DNA from: Haliotis cracherodii
Lineage: Eukaryota
Reading direction: 5' to 3'
NCBI RefSeq assembly: GCF_022045235.1
Contig: NW_027266343.1
Coordinates: 50,530,001-50,594,000 of the forward strand
Length of the DNA: 64,000 bases
Part shown: in pieces, positions 10,585 through 22,252 of the stretch
Numbering within the stretch: position 1 is the stretch's first letter
Layout of the letters: the number at the start of each line of letters is the position of its first letter
Notes under the pieces: generated by a model
Database searches by the model: none
Seen by the model: only the letters and a program-made list of their open reading frames with translations
What the model was told of the DNA's origin: nothing
Position numbers and translations under genes: made by a program

Positions 10585-12319
10585 CTCCTAGAACACCAAA
10601 ATTACTTCATTGTCGCCTCATAACACATCAAGATTTACTTCATTGTCGCCTTGTAACTAGGGATGGGTATTGGAGGTTTAATGTGTATCACGATATTTTG
10701 CAATGCACAAGGTCGTATTGCGATATGTATCACAATATATTGTATAATTCTAAATTTTTTATTCAGAAGCAATCTGATACATTAAGGTATATGAATGGAA
10801 CAAAACAAGATGGTGGTACCACATGATGTTTACACATTCAATAAATAAGCATGTTAAACACATGTTGAAAATCCCAATTTGAAACACCCGATATATCGAG
10901 CATGAAAACATTATATTGTGATACATATCAGGGAAAGAATGAACCTCAATTTACCTATATGACGGTAGTACCTCACACCCTTCTCGTAACACACCTAGAC
11001 TTATTTCATGGCCATTTCATGCACTGCACTGTGGGCCTCATAACACACCTAGACTTACTTCATGGCCACTTCATCATGCACTCCACTGGGGGCCTCGTAA
11101 CACACCTAGACTTACTTCATGGCCACTTCATCATGCACTGCACTTGGGGCCTCGTAACACACCAAGACTTACTTCATGGCCACTTCATCATGCACTCCAC
11201 TGGGGGCCTCGTAACACACCTAGACTTACTTCATGGCCACTTCATCATGCACTGCACTTGGGGACTCGTAACACACCAATTCACCATGCACTGCACTGAA
11301 AGCCTCGTAACACACCTAGACTTACTTCATGGCCACTTCATCATGCACTCCACTGGGGGCCTCGTAACACACCTAGACTTACTTCATGGCCTCTTCATCA
11401 TGCACTGCACTGGGGGCCTCATAACACACCTAGACTTACTTCATGGCCTCTTCATCATGCACCCCACTGGGGGCCTCTTAACACACCAAGACTTACTTCA
11501 TGGCCTCTTCATCATGCACTGCACTGGGGGCCTCGTAACACACCAAGACTTACTTCATGGCCAGTTCATCATGCACTGCACTGGGGGCCTCGTAACACAC
11601 CAAGACTTACTTCATGGCCACTTCATCATGCACTCCACTGGGGGCCTCGTAACAAACCTAGACTTACTTCATGGCCACTTCATTGCACTCCACTGGGGGC
11701 CTCGTAACACACCTAGACTTACTTCATGGCCTCTTCATCATGCACTTCACTGAGGGCCTCGTAACACACCTAGACTTACTTCATGGCCACTTCATCATGC
11801 ACTGCACTGGGGGCCTCTTAACACACCAAGACTTACTTCATGGCCACTTCATCATGCACTGCACTGGGGGCCTCGTAACACACCAAGACTTACTTCATGG
11901 CCACTTCATCATGCACTGCACTGGGGGCCTCGTAACACACCAAGACTTACTTCATGGCCACTTCATCATGCACTGCACTGGGGGCCTCGTAACACTCCAA
12001 GACTTACTTCATGGCCACTTCATCATGCACTGCACTGGGGGCCTCGTAACACTCCAAGACTTACTTCATGGCCACTTCATCATGCACTGCACTGGGGGCC
12101 TCGTAACACACCTAGACTTACTTCATGGCCACTTCATCATGCACTGCCCTGGGTCCCTCATAACACACCAAGACTTACTTCATCATGCACTGCACTGAGG
12201 GCCTCGTTACACACCAAGACTTACTTCATGGCCACTTCATCATGCACTGCACTGAGGGCCTCCTAACACACCTAGACTTACTTCATGGCCACTTCATCAT
12301 GCACTGCACTGAGGGCATC
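10585..12319 (-). repeat. 57-bp minisatellite (~23 intact units) made of the last 38 nt of exon 1 plus the first 19 nt of the intron
   Basis: Sense unit GAGGCCCCCAGTGCAGTGCATGATGAAGTGGCCATGAA|GTAAGTCTAGGTGTGTTAC, nearly identical to the true junction. Confidence 0.96.
10658..10982. mobile_element. hAT-like MITE inserted in the distal end of the 57-bp array
   Basis: tagggatggg ... cacaccctt termini; 8-bp TSD cttgtaac/ctcgtaac; CGATA(T/C) subterminal motifs. Confidence 0.7.
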
Positions 12320-12442
12320 TCTCATGGGTTTTGTCATCAGCTTGGCTGGGGTCATACAGGCTCCTGTCTTGAGGTCATCGGTTTTTTGCAGGGTCTTCCC
12401 ATAATACTCCTTGACAGAGTCACGGACACTGTTGTCAGCCAT
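12282..12442 (-). CDS. AS3MT: Arsenite methyltransferase, coding exon 1 (MADNSVRDSVKEYYGKTLQKTDDLKTGAC...AVHDEVAMK)
   Basis: ATG at 12442 shortly after acceptor tctctctctag; ends AA|GTAAGT (phase 2); V-x-x-YYG and LKTxAC motifs typical of the AS3MT N-terminus. Confidence 0.93.
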
Positions 12443-13742
12443 GATGAGACTAGAGAGAGAGAGATTCACAATCAGTGCGATACATGAAGATCCGGGATAG
12501 AATAGGTCTTCAGCAACCCAGGCTTGCTGTAAAAGGCGACTATGCTTATCGTAAGAGGTGACTAACACTCAACAGTGTTGAGACCAAAAGATGTTAAATA
12601 TAGTAAGTGATCCAATATTTTGATGTAAAAAGAACTGGGATTGTGTATTGAGATACCATGAGAGTAAAACGGGGTCACTCAATCTTACAACCTTTTTCTT
12701 GTATATGATGTGTCAAACATTAAAACAAAATCCATGGCAGTTAATGTACATCTTACAAGTATATAAAAAATAAAATGACTTGTCTCACATTTGGTAAAAA
12801 TTGGATGGAAATCGTTATTAGTTCAGTGTTGCCTTGAGCTTACAACAGTGTTCTGTGTTTTGAAACAGTATATTTACTTATGTCATGTGATGTAGGCATC
12901 GATACCTTTATCATTGCGTGTGTTGTTATAATCGCAATCCATAGTTTATGAATAAAGGGCTACTTGTCATACTCCTAATGTTCTGGGGGACTGGGAGGTT
13001 TTTTACAGACATATATTGTTCAGTCCTTTTTTCTGTGAAAGGAGGATCTATCAAGTTAAAAAAAGTCACAACACATTTTCTTCGGAACATTTATTTCTTT
13101 TCGTAAACCCTCAGGCCAAACTATTTTTTTCTTGTTATTTACTGGTTTAATATGGGTTTATTGATATCTCAATTTTCACACACTAAATTTGTCATGTCTT
13201 GTGAAAAATCTCTAGTTTTACTAGTAAGTATACTATACATGATTAAAATCTTCTTTTTCTAAACTCTGTCTATGATGTTATAGAACCTGCTCAGACAAAT
13301 ATTAGTGGTCATACTTTCTCTGTCACACAGAGTTATCTCCCTCTAAGTATCCCCCCCCGCCTCCACCCACACCCCGAGTGACCCACTCACGGTAATCCGA
13401 TTAACCGGATCGGGTGGATAGGCTCGACTTGGTTGATGCATGTCATCGATGCTCATGACAATTACTGCATTGTCTGGTCCAGACTCGTTTATTTACAGAC
13501 CGCCGTCATATACATGGAATGTTGCTGAGTGCGGCGTAAACAAACAAAACAACAACTAAAGAACCAACACCCCAACACGTGCCAGAATAATCTCGGGCTA
13601 ATATTCTACCACTGATGCTATGTTTGTGATTTTACTGGCGTTTACATACTCTCACTGTTTCAAAACAGGACTAAAATACACTTCGAGTGAGCGAGGGCGA
13701 TGTACCGTTCATTTGTACCGTTGTAGCTAGGCTAATACTTAC

Positions 13743-13860
13743 ATGTCAAGTGTGAGTAGCGATAGGCCCTGTCTGTCTATCTCCTGTCGGACGAGTGACA
13801 ATGCAGAATAGCTCACTCGTGTGTCACAACCGCCTACAAGCTCCCCGCAGCATTAGTTAG
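13743..13860 (-). other. Possible non-coding first (5' UTR) exon of AS3MT
   Basis: GTAAGT donor at 13742-13737 in locally CpG-richer unique sequence; coding exon 1 has an upstream acceptor, so an earlier exon must exist; 5' end is a guess. Confidence 0.3.
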
Positions 13861-14702
13861 TTCCCCTTACATGTGACCATGATAACTCCGAAAGTAGCAA
13901 GCGCTGATATAGAGTTTGCTAACATTATCGGTGTATCGGCGATCCTTGAACAGGTGGCCGCTGTTCATCTGTTTATCCCTACAGGCAGGCGAGCGTCACC
14001 CTTGTCACCTATATTACCCTTTAAATTGTATGTGTTACAGTCAATGTGTAATATGACTGACAGTTTTGCATGGCACATTTACAAAACGCCTAGATATTTT
14101 AGTTGTTATACAAATTGACTGAAAAATATGTCCATTTATTGATTGCGTTATGATAACGAATGTTATATTTTTGGCCCCTAAACCTAGCATAATTAGACTA
14201 CTTTTACATGTTTTGGGGCCTTTTTGAACTCAATTTTCTTAGTCAATCTGTCAACTAAAAAGACAGATTTTTCAGTCAATTTATAAAAGCAATATATAAA
14301 TAAAAAATATTTTTTAGATCATTTGTAGAATAAATAAAAAAATAAAGAAAAATAAAATTAAATCAATCAATCAATAAATCAATCGCGATGTATTTTAGAC
14401 CATCAGTTGTAGAAATAGTTCATGCACTCTGTCCTCACATATAAGTCACTGGTATCATGTACGTGTAGAAAGCGCATTCCACTGTGACGGGTTTTAGGTC
14501 ACGTGTTACTTAAGGGCTTCCAGCCTTTGCGTATGGCTTGATGGTTTCCTTTAATACGCAATGTATGAATAATAAGTGATGCATTAGCGTATATGGCTTT
14601 GCATTTTTAAGAACACACGATATTTCATACCTATACACAAATCCGTGGTATGACTGCGTCCTGGATGTGATAGAGAGACGATATTATTATCTCACTATTC
14701 TT

Positions 14703-14962
14703 TGTTTGTTTGTTGTTAACGCCACACTCAGCAATATTCCAACTGTGTGACGGCGGTCTGTAAATAATCGAGTCTGGACCAGACGATCCAGTGATTGACA
14801 TCAAGAGCATCGATCCATGCTATTGGGATGGATGACATGCATCAACCAAGTCAGCGAGCCTGACCACCCGATCCCGTTAGTCGCCTTTTTCGACAAGCAT
14901 AGTCGCCATTTAAGGTAAGCATGGGTTGGTGAAGACCAATTCTACCCTGGATCTTCACAGGA
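14703..14962 (-). mobile_element. SINE-like family C
   Basis: Full-length copy, TSD tcactattctttgt. Confidence 0.85.
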
Positions 14963-14982
14963 ATCACTATTCTTTGTAAACT

Positions 14983-15148
14983 GGGCGGTCGGGTAACCTA
15001 GTGGTTAAAGCGTTCGCTCGTCACGCCGAAGACCCGGGTTCGATTCCCGACATGGGTACAATGTGTGAAGCCCATGTCTGGTGTTCCCCGCCGTGATATT
15101 GCTGGAATATTACTAAAAGCGGCGTAAAACCATACTCACTCACTCACT
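14983..15148 (+). mobile_element. tRNA(Asp-like)-derived SINE family A
   Basis: GGT(A)ACCTAGTGG box A, GGTTCGATTCCC box B, GTC at the anticodon position, shared tail plus (ACTC)n. Confidence 0.88.
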
Positions 15149-15372
15149 TAGTCTTAGTCTGTCTTACAGACCCTGATACAAATATATATCAAATACAGCC
15201 CATGCAAGTCTATAATGTTTGGCAAGTCTAGATCACTGCAGTATCTGAAAATGAAGAGAGTCACTGGGCTCCTTTTTATTATATTTTTATTAAGATAACT
15301 GAACAACTGTTTTTTTATGTACGATATGTTCATTTCAGAGACTAGATGTTAGTCTATCACTCACTCTTTGTA

Positions 15373-17147
15373 AACTAGATGGCAAAAGAAAGTATACACC
15401 AATGTTTGTAAAATGAGTGAGTGAGTGAGTTGCGTTTAACGCCGCTTTTAACATTATTCCAGTTATATCACGGCGTGTCAGTTTAATGTGGGAGGAAAGC
15501 CCGAAGTGATGCAGGTCTCAGACCTTTACCACTTCGGTGAAACCGACGAGCACGGGTATTGTGCTGACAAACCTAGAAACATAATCGGGGCGAACCGGGA
15601 TTCGAACCCACAATCATAGGTTTCTGGCGTACCCAAGGGACGCAACTTTGCACAGCGAATTGTAAAATGAAAACAAACAAGAGAATGTTACTCAATGATG
15701 GTATATTCGCTAACAGGGTCACATGCGATAGTCAATGCACAATTTTAGTGCGAAACTCAAAACAGGTGATGTGTTCATGACGTTTACATGAACATGAGGG
15801 TAGGCAGATCACAGGTCAGAGGAATGATCAGAGTCAACCACATGTCTGGATAATTTTGTGATCTTCAACGGATACCTGGTATCTGGTACGCTCAGTCACG
15901 AGTATGACCACCGTGAGCACCAATGCACGCCCAGACTCGCCGCCCCATTGATGTTGTCAGCCGCCTGATGACGTAATCGGGAATCCGATTCCATTCAATT
16001 CTTACAGCGTCGGCAAGCTGTTGCTGGTTTGCTGGTGGACGTCATCGGATCTGACGCTTCAGATGATCCCACAAGAGTTCAATTGGGATCGAGTCAGTCG
16101 AGAGTGCTAGCCACGGAAGAACGTTGACGTTGTTCGAATTCAAGAAGTCCTGGACTAGCCTTGCAGTGTGTGGTCTAGCGTTGTCATGCTGCAGGAGTTT
16201 TCACTGTTGCTGTTGGTGAAGGAACGGAAGCACCACGGGTTGAAGGACATTATCTCTGTATCGCTGGCCGTTGAGGTTGCCACGGGTGATGACGAGTCTC
16301 TTACGTTGGTTGCCACAAATTCCATCACACACCATCACATCGCCTCCACCATCGGGATGAACTTCTTGAATGCAGCCTGGCACCAAACGTTCCCCCCTGC
16401 AACGGTATCATTGTGAAACAGCTGAAACCTGCTTTCGTCAGAGAAAAGCACTCTCTTCCAATCACGGACATGCCGACGTCCTACTGTCCTGGCCCATTGC
16501 AGTCTTCGACGTCGATGTTCCCGGGTCAATGCCATTTCACGGAAGGGAAGGCGAGCTCAAATACCTGCGTCACGTAGACGTCAAAGCACCGTGCGTCGAC
16601 TGATACGGTGTCCTAACGTCGTTGCTGCTGTTTCCGCGACGAACCTGTTGCGCAGATAGTACGCGCGCATGGGCCGATCTTCATGTTGCGTTGTCACTCG
16701 TGGTCTGCCCGATCTTGGCCTGTCTTGTGTCCTGCAAGTCTGTCTGAAGCGTTGAAACAGTCTGACGACCGTTGCCCGTGTACAATTTAGGTTTCTTGCA
16801 ATCTGGGTGTGGTTGGCGCCCATCTGCTCCATACCTATGGCATTTCTCTTTGTTCGGTAGTTAACCGTGACATATCTTTGGTGTTCTTTTATTACATGTG
16901 TTGTCTTAGTAACGGTTTATCGCCATTATATACAATTAAGCACGTGCAATTTTACGAATACCTGGAAAAGCTGTTGGGTAACTTTTGATAACTGCACATG
17001 CATCTTTACGGCCAACGCGTTGCGTTATTGAGATTGATTTTGCAATTCTTGGGCAACTGTTTTAAGCCTTATACGATTTTGCTCTCTTTGATAGTTTTAA
17101 GAAAAAAAATCAATTTTAAAGTGTATGCTTTCTTTTTCCCATGAGTT
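15373..17147 (-). mobile_element. Tc1/mariner transposon with a frameshifted DD34E transposase (about 16873-15893) and a family B SINE at 15414-15660
   Basis: Imperfect TIRs aactagatggcaaaagaaagtatacac / gtgtatgctttctttttcccatgagtt flanked by TA; DRPRSGRPRVTT, VLFSDESRF, QHDNARPH motifs. Confidence 0.9.
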
Positions 17148-17187
17148 TATGTGCACACATGGCCGTCACTGCATTGACTCGAATATC

Positions 17188-17425
17188 GTTTGTTTGTTTG
17201 TTGTTAAACGCCGCACTCAGCAATAATCCAGCTAAATGACGGCAGTATGTAAGTAATCGAGTTTGGACCAGACATCATGATCATCGACCCACACAATTGG
17301 GATCGATGACATGCATCGACCAAGTCAGCAAGCCTGACCACCCGATCCCCCTTGCGACACGCATATCGCCTTTTACGGCAAGCATGTGTTGCTGAAGACC
17401 TATTCTAACCCGGATCTTCATGGGT
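17188..17425 (-). mobile_element. SINE-like family C (internally deleted)
   Basis: Similarity to other family C copies. Confidence 0.75.
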
Positions 17426-17899
17426 ATATGATGATGTGATATAGCTGTAATATTGCTGAGTGCGGCGTTAAACAACAAACCAACCAACCAACCAATAAAA
17501 ACTAGGGTTTCAAATACTCAGGTTTTCTAGTAATCCGTGGATAACCAACCCGTGATTGTCTTGCTTTTGGGAAATGTTAGTATTTCCTTGCTTAGTCAAA
17601 GTGGCTGAATTTTTAGTCTATTAGACTAGTTTGACATTCAGACGTTCACGTCTATAAGTCTCGTGACTTATTTTAGCGATAAGCCCTCTGTGTTTATTTC
17701 CCGTTATTCAACTCAACCGAGGTTATTCACTCATTAGAGCGTGTAGTTAATTAAGTCAGGCGTTAATTGGTCGCAGCCGACCTAACTGACCTGTGCATCC
17801 TGTCTATCTCATCAAAGTGCTGTTTAAGCTACTCTCGTTATACTACTGTAATACAGTTGCTTAGCCAAGTCACTTGTATATTTGCTCGGATGTCATTAA

Positions 17900-19700
17900 T
17901 CAGCGATCTTTGCCAGCGCTCACTGGGCTTATTTGATCCATTCATTGAAATTTGCAAACAGGGGAATTGATGCCTTTAATTTGAATAACATTCTCAGTCA
18001 AAGATCAGTTTCACAAAATGTCCAACAATATTTCGAATTTCAGGTACACCCAACGATTTCATTTTCCTATACGAACACAATTTCATCCGGGTTGTTCAAT
18101 TATAGGAACGTGTTGCAGAACGTGGACTTGGCAGCTCATGAGGTAAATTCCACTACTAGTGGCTGCTAAGACTCATCATACTGCTACCAAACTGCAGGTC
18201 ATATAATCACAGGTGACTTCTCTATTGTTGACCTTCGTCAGTTATTCAAATAGGGACCAAAATACCATGAGCAACCTCTTACCAATTGGGATCACAACTT
18301 TAAAATCGTTATGGATGCTGTCGAAGCATATGCCAAAAAATGGGCCAAAAGAAAAGAGGGACCTGTTGAATATATTTCAGTGTGGGTTAAATCATGGTCA
18401 TTGTAGAATGCACAAACTTAAAAAGTGGAATCGGAAATGGAATAAACCCATTCTGTCCCTGCCAGCTGTCATCCAGAAGTCTGGCTGCCCTACATGAAAA
18501 ATTTGTAGTTGTTCCCACTGACAAGGCCTCAAATATCATAACCGTTATATGTAAGCATCACTAATTAATTGTTTGATCAAAGAACTTGGTATAAATGATA
18601 TAACTGAGAAAGAAATCGGTCAAAGCCACAAATCAGTACTGTCAACTTTTGACTTTACTTTAAAACCTGAAGACATGTCCGTCCATTCCTCTTTTGTACT
18701 GGATTCCAACGCTCCATAAACACCCGTACAAAGAGAGACACATTGCTGGGTCTAACAAATGTACCACCAAATCCCTATCTCAAAGACTAACCATAATCCT
18801 TAATACAATCAAGCAAGGACCTTCGTTATATTCACAGAAAGTATTTGAGATAAGTGGAATTGATACCATGTGGATTCTCAAAATCTCAAAGGATTCGCTT
18901 GACTTTTTGCAATCTCAGGAAAGAACCAAGCACCATTCTGTCAAAGAACCAAGCACCATTCTGTCAAAACATTTCATTTTTCAACTTTGTACACCACTAT
19001 CTCACATGACAAACTTAAGGAAGAATATCACTCCTTGATTCATGGGGCTTTTGTTAAAAAAACGCCCATCAATATTCAGAGGTTTGGGACAATTTGTGAA
19101 AAATGAAAGCAAATGCCATTTGAAGTTCACTGAGAAATCAATATGTGAAATGCGTGACTTTCTCAATTTTGGGGTAAAACATTTAGGCAAGAAGTAGGCA
19201 TCCCCATGGGCACCAATTGTGCCCCCCTTCTTGTGGATCTGTTTCTTTATGCATATGAATCGGAATTACTGTTCGGATTGGCAAAGTCAAAACAAGGTAA
19301 TGTGGCCAAGACGTTTTACCTACGCTTCAGGTATACCAATGATCTGATATCGTCCAATAACTATCAAATATCCCATCCACTTCCACCAATTTACCCACCT
19401 GAACTAGAAATAAAGGAGACCAGTGAGACCGCCTCATCTTTTTCACATATAGATCTATGCATATAGATTCAGAGTGACGTAAACTCTCGACAAGGCATGT
19501 GGAGGACATTTCCAAATTTGACACATCAGTGACAAAAAAAGATGTCCGATGCACTTCCCGATTTTAACCATATGTTCCCATATGTTTTCAGAGGAACAAT
19601 TGACTTGCCTTTGCACGTGTTTGTGACGGGTGCCAACGGTGGGGCAGGATACGCTCACCTTTTTCCCGAACACCTGGTATCATTACTGTTTAATAGTGAT
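17900..19700 (+). mobile_element. Degraded Penelope-like retroelement reverse transcriptase
   Basis: YWIP.LHK.PYK.R.IAGS, GIPMGTNCAPLL.DLFLY.YE, FRY.ND, IYP.ELEIK motifs with frameshifts and stops. Confidence 0.8.
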
Positions 19701-20062
19701 TCAGAAAACACATGCTCATGATATAGTCGGAATCGTAGTATCGACTCGAGATTTCTATTGGATATGGAAAGGGTTTTGTCGCTTTATTGTCATCTATTGG
19801 TACAATTTGTTGTTAGCAATAAACCCGTGAACCTATTACCACGTCTTCATTATTACTTTATTCATGTTGAATGACACCCCTGATCACTGGAGCACAGATC
19901 CGTGACACAGCACAACCCCTGAGGCGGGACACAAAGCAATCAATACCAATAATTAGTATCTATGACCATCATTCTTCCCAAGGTCTAACTATCAAAGATC
20001 AAAGAGCAAGGATACAATGCATACAAAGGAATAATCTGCCATATCTTGCTGTTTCCAGGCTA

Positions 20063-20230
20063 GAGTGAGTGAGTGAGTATGGTTTTACGCCGCTTTTAGC
20101 AATATTCCCGCAATATCACGGCAGGGGACACCAGAAATGGGCTTCACACATTGTAGCCATGTCGGGATTCGAACCCGGGTCTTCGGCGTGACGAGCGAAC
20201 GCTCTAACCAGTAGGCTACCCGACCGCCCC
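20063..20230 (-). mobile_element. SINE family A
   Basis: Full-length copy, TSD tttccaggctaga. Confidence 0.9.
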
Positions 20231-20729
20231 TTTTCCAGGCTAGAATACTTAAGTCGACCACAGCATATTAGATGTTCACCACTAAATAAACCTGAGGCAC
20301 CCAGACAAGATGTCAGTAAACAACCCAGAAAAAAATTTGTGCTGTACAAGCGACATAATTTAAGAAAAGATAGAAGTTTGACCTCAGTGTTGTTTATGTA
20401 TTTCAACAAAGAGATAAACAGGGCAACCACTGCTCTGTGTGTAATATAGAAATGTTATGGAGCTACCAGCCGTCAGGGACACAGCAGTTTAGTGCAGATA
20501 GATTAGATAACAGTAAAGGACGCCGTGGGGGAAACATAGGTGTGACAAGTAGGGTAGGTGATGGAGAATGAGGAAGTGCATGCCTTTGCGACACACTGTA
20601 TATCTGTAGTTTTTGTTTGTTTGTTTGTTGTTTTACGCCACACTCAGCAATATTCCAGCTATATGACGGCGGTCTGTAAATAATCGAGTCTGGACTAGAC
20701 AATCCAGTGATTGATATCATGAGCATCGA

Positions 20730-21975
20730 GGAACTTTAAGTATCTCTTCACGTAATACACTCGACCTGGACCACTATTAAGATCATACAACGCTGGTTCA
20801 CCAGGCTTTGAGACTAATCCGATATTTCTAAAAATATCAAAGACCATATGGGATCGGTGTCCTTAACACGACCTCCTTCGAGTTCACCAGACTCATACAC
20901 GTAGCGAACATGAATATCAGACGGTAACTTTTCCTGCATATATTGAGTTAGTGAGTGAGTATGGTTTTACGCCGCTTTTAGCAATATTCCAGCAATATCA
21001 CGGCGGGAAATGGGCTTCACACATTGTAGCCATGTCGGGATTCGAACCCGGGTCTTCGGCGTGACGAGCGAACGCTTAAACCACTAGGCTACCCGACCGC
21101 CCCTTTCCTGCATATATAGCTGCTAAGCCTAAGAAACCAAAGATATGATGCTGAGTTCCACTACAACGTAGTTGAGTCACCGCAGTGTTGGGTTGAATGA
21201 GGTTCAATTACAGTAGAAGACTGTGGTTTGACTATTCCTGTTGTGCCTGTACTTGGTTGAGTTATTAAGGTGGTGTTGAGATCTGAATTGATACCTAGTG
21301 TTTGTTTATCAGTAGCAATTACAATTTTATTATTATAACCTACCACTTGTTCAATCATCAGTTCCATGTTACCTGGGGACATATTTATACCTATTCCGAA
21401 AACATGGTCTACATGGTCTACTTTAGAACCAGATCTTGATATCGCTTGACAGTCGAAGGTAGATCAACAGCTGACGATATGGCATCCTGGACGTTTGCAG
21501 CAAACTGCTTTTCAAAACGGAGTTTGTGCGTGTTTGAGCCTTAGCTCCAAGAGCCCATACATAAGTTCATATTGAGTCATTAAGTTTTTCTATACCATGA
21601 TCAATACCACGATCTTCTAAAACCTTTTGATTTGAAAATTATATATTTCCAACATTTTTAGCATATTGTGGTTGCTCAACCCTTGAAAAAGTGAAAGCAC
21701 CACCACCCTCAAAGTGCATACTGTCATTTCTCTACTCATTACTCGAGAGAGCAAAGGCCAGTCGAAGATTGTCACTTTTCGGTGAATCATCGCTAACTTT
21801 AAGAGAGCGTATGTCTCTGTATGGAACTCCCTGCTGACGCCAGTACGTTCATATGCCCGCTGGTTGTATGGATTATTTGATGCCTCCCATGCTTGATCCT
21901 GTGGTAATGATACACTTATTTCTGCAAGGATACGTCTAATCTAATAGTATACATGGATACGTCTAATCTAATAGT
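20730..21975 (-). pseudogene. Degraded fragment of a Polinton-like or endogenous DNA-virus-type element (unknown ORF plus integrase-like C-terminus), interrupted by a family A SINE at 20945-21103
   Basis: Broken frames IRRILAEI..SLPQDQAW.ASNNPYNQRAYER, LNDSI*TYVWAL.GA.AQTR, KQFAANVQDAI, GYNNKIVIAT, then VRYVYESGELEGGRVKDTDPIWSL; family recognised from memory only. Confidence 0.5.
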
Positions 21976-21986
21976 ATACATGAAAA

Positions 21987-22252
21987 AGTGAGTGAGTTGG
22001 GTTTAACGCCGCTTTTAACAGTATTCCATATATATCGCGGCGTGTCGGCTTAATGTGGGAGGAAAGCCCGAAGTGATACAGGTCTCAGACGTGGTGAAAC
22101 CCACGAGCACGTGTATGGTGCTGACAAACCTAGAAACATAATCGGGGCGAAGCGGGATTCGAACCCACAATCATAGGTTTCTGTCGTGCCCAAGGGACGC
22201 AACTCTGCACAGCGAATCGCGGCGCCTTAGACGACTGGGCCACCCGTGCCCC
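21987..22252 (-). mobile_element. SINE family B
   Basis: Near full-length copy, TSD tatacatgaaa. Confidence 0.85.

Noticed and set aside
10902-12487. His/Cys-rich plus-strand ORFs (HLDLLHGHFIMHCTGG)n suggesting a metal-binding protein beside AS3MT
   Set aside because: They are the antisense reading of the 57-bp junction array, contain frameshifts, and have no splice or start context
14983-15055. tRNA-Asp-like sequence (and its many copies)
   Set aside because: Acceptor stem is not intact, it is fused to a SINE body and tail, flanked by TSDs and present in many diverged copies
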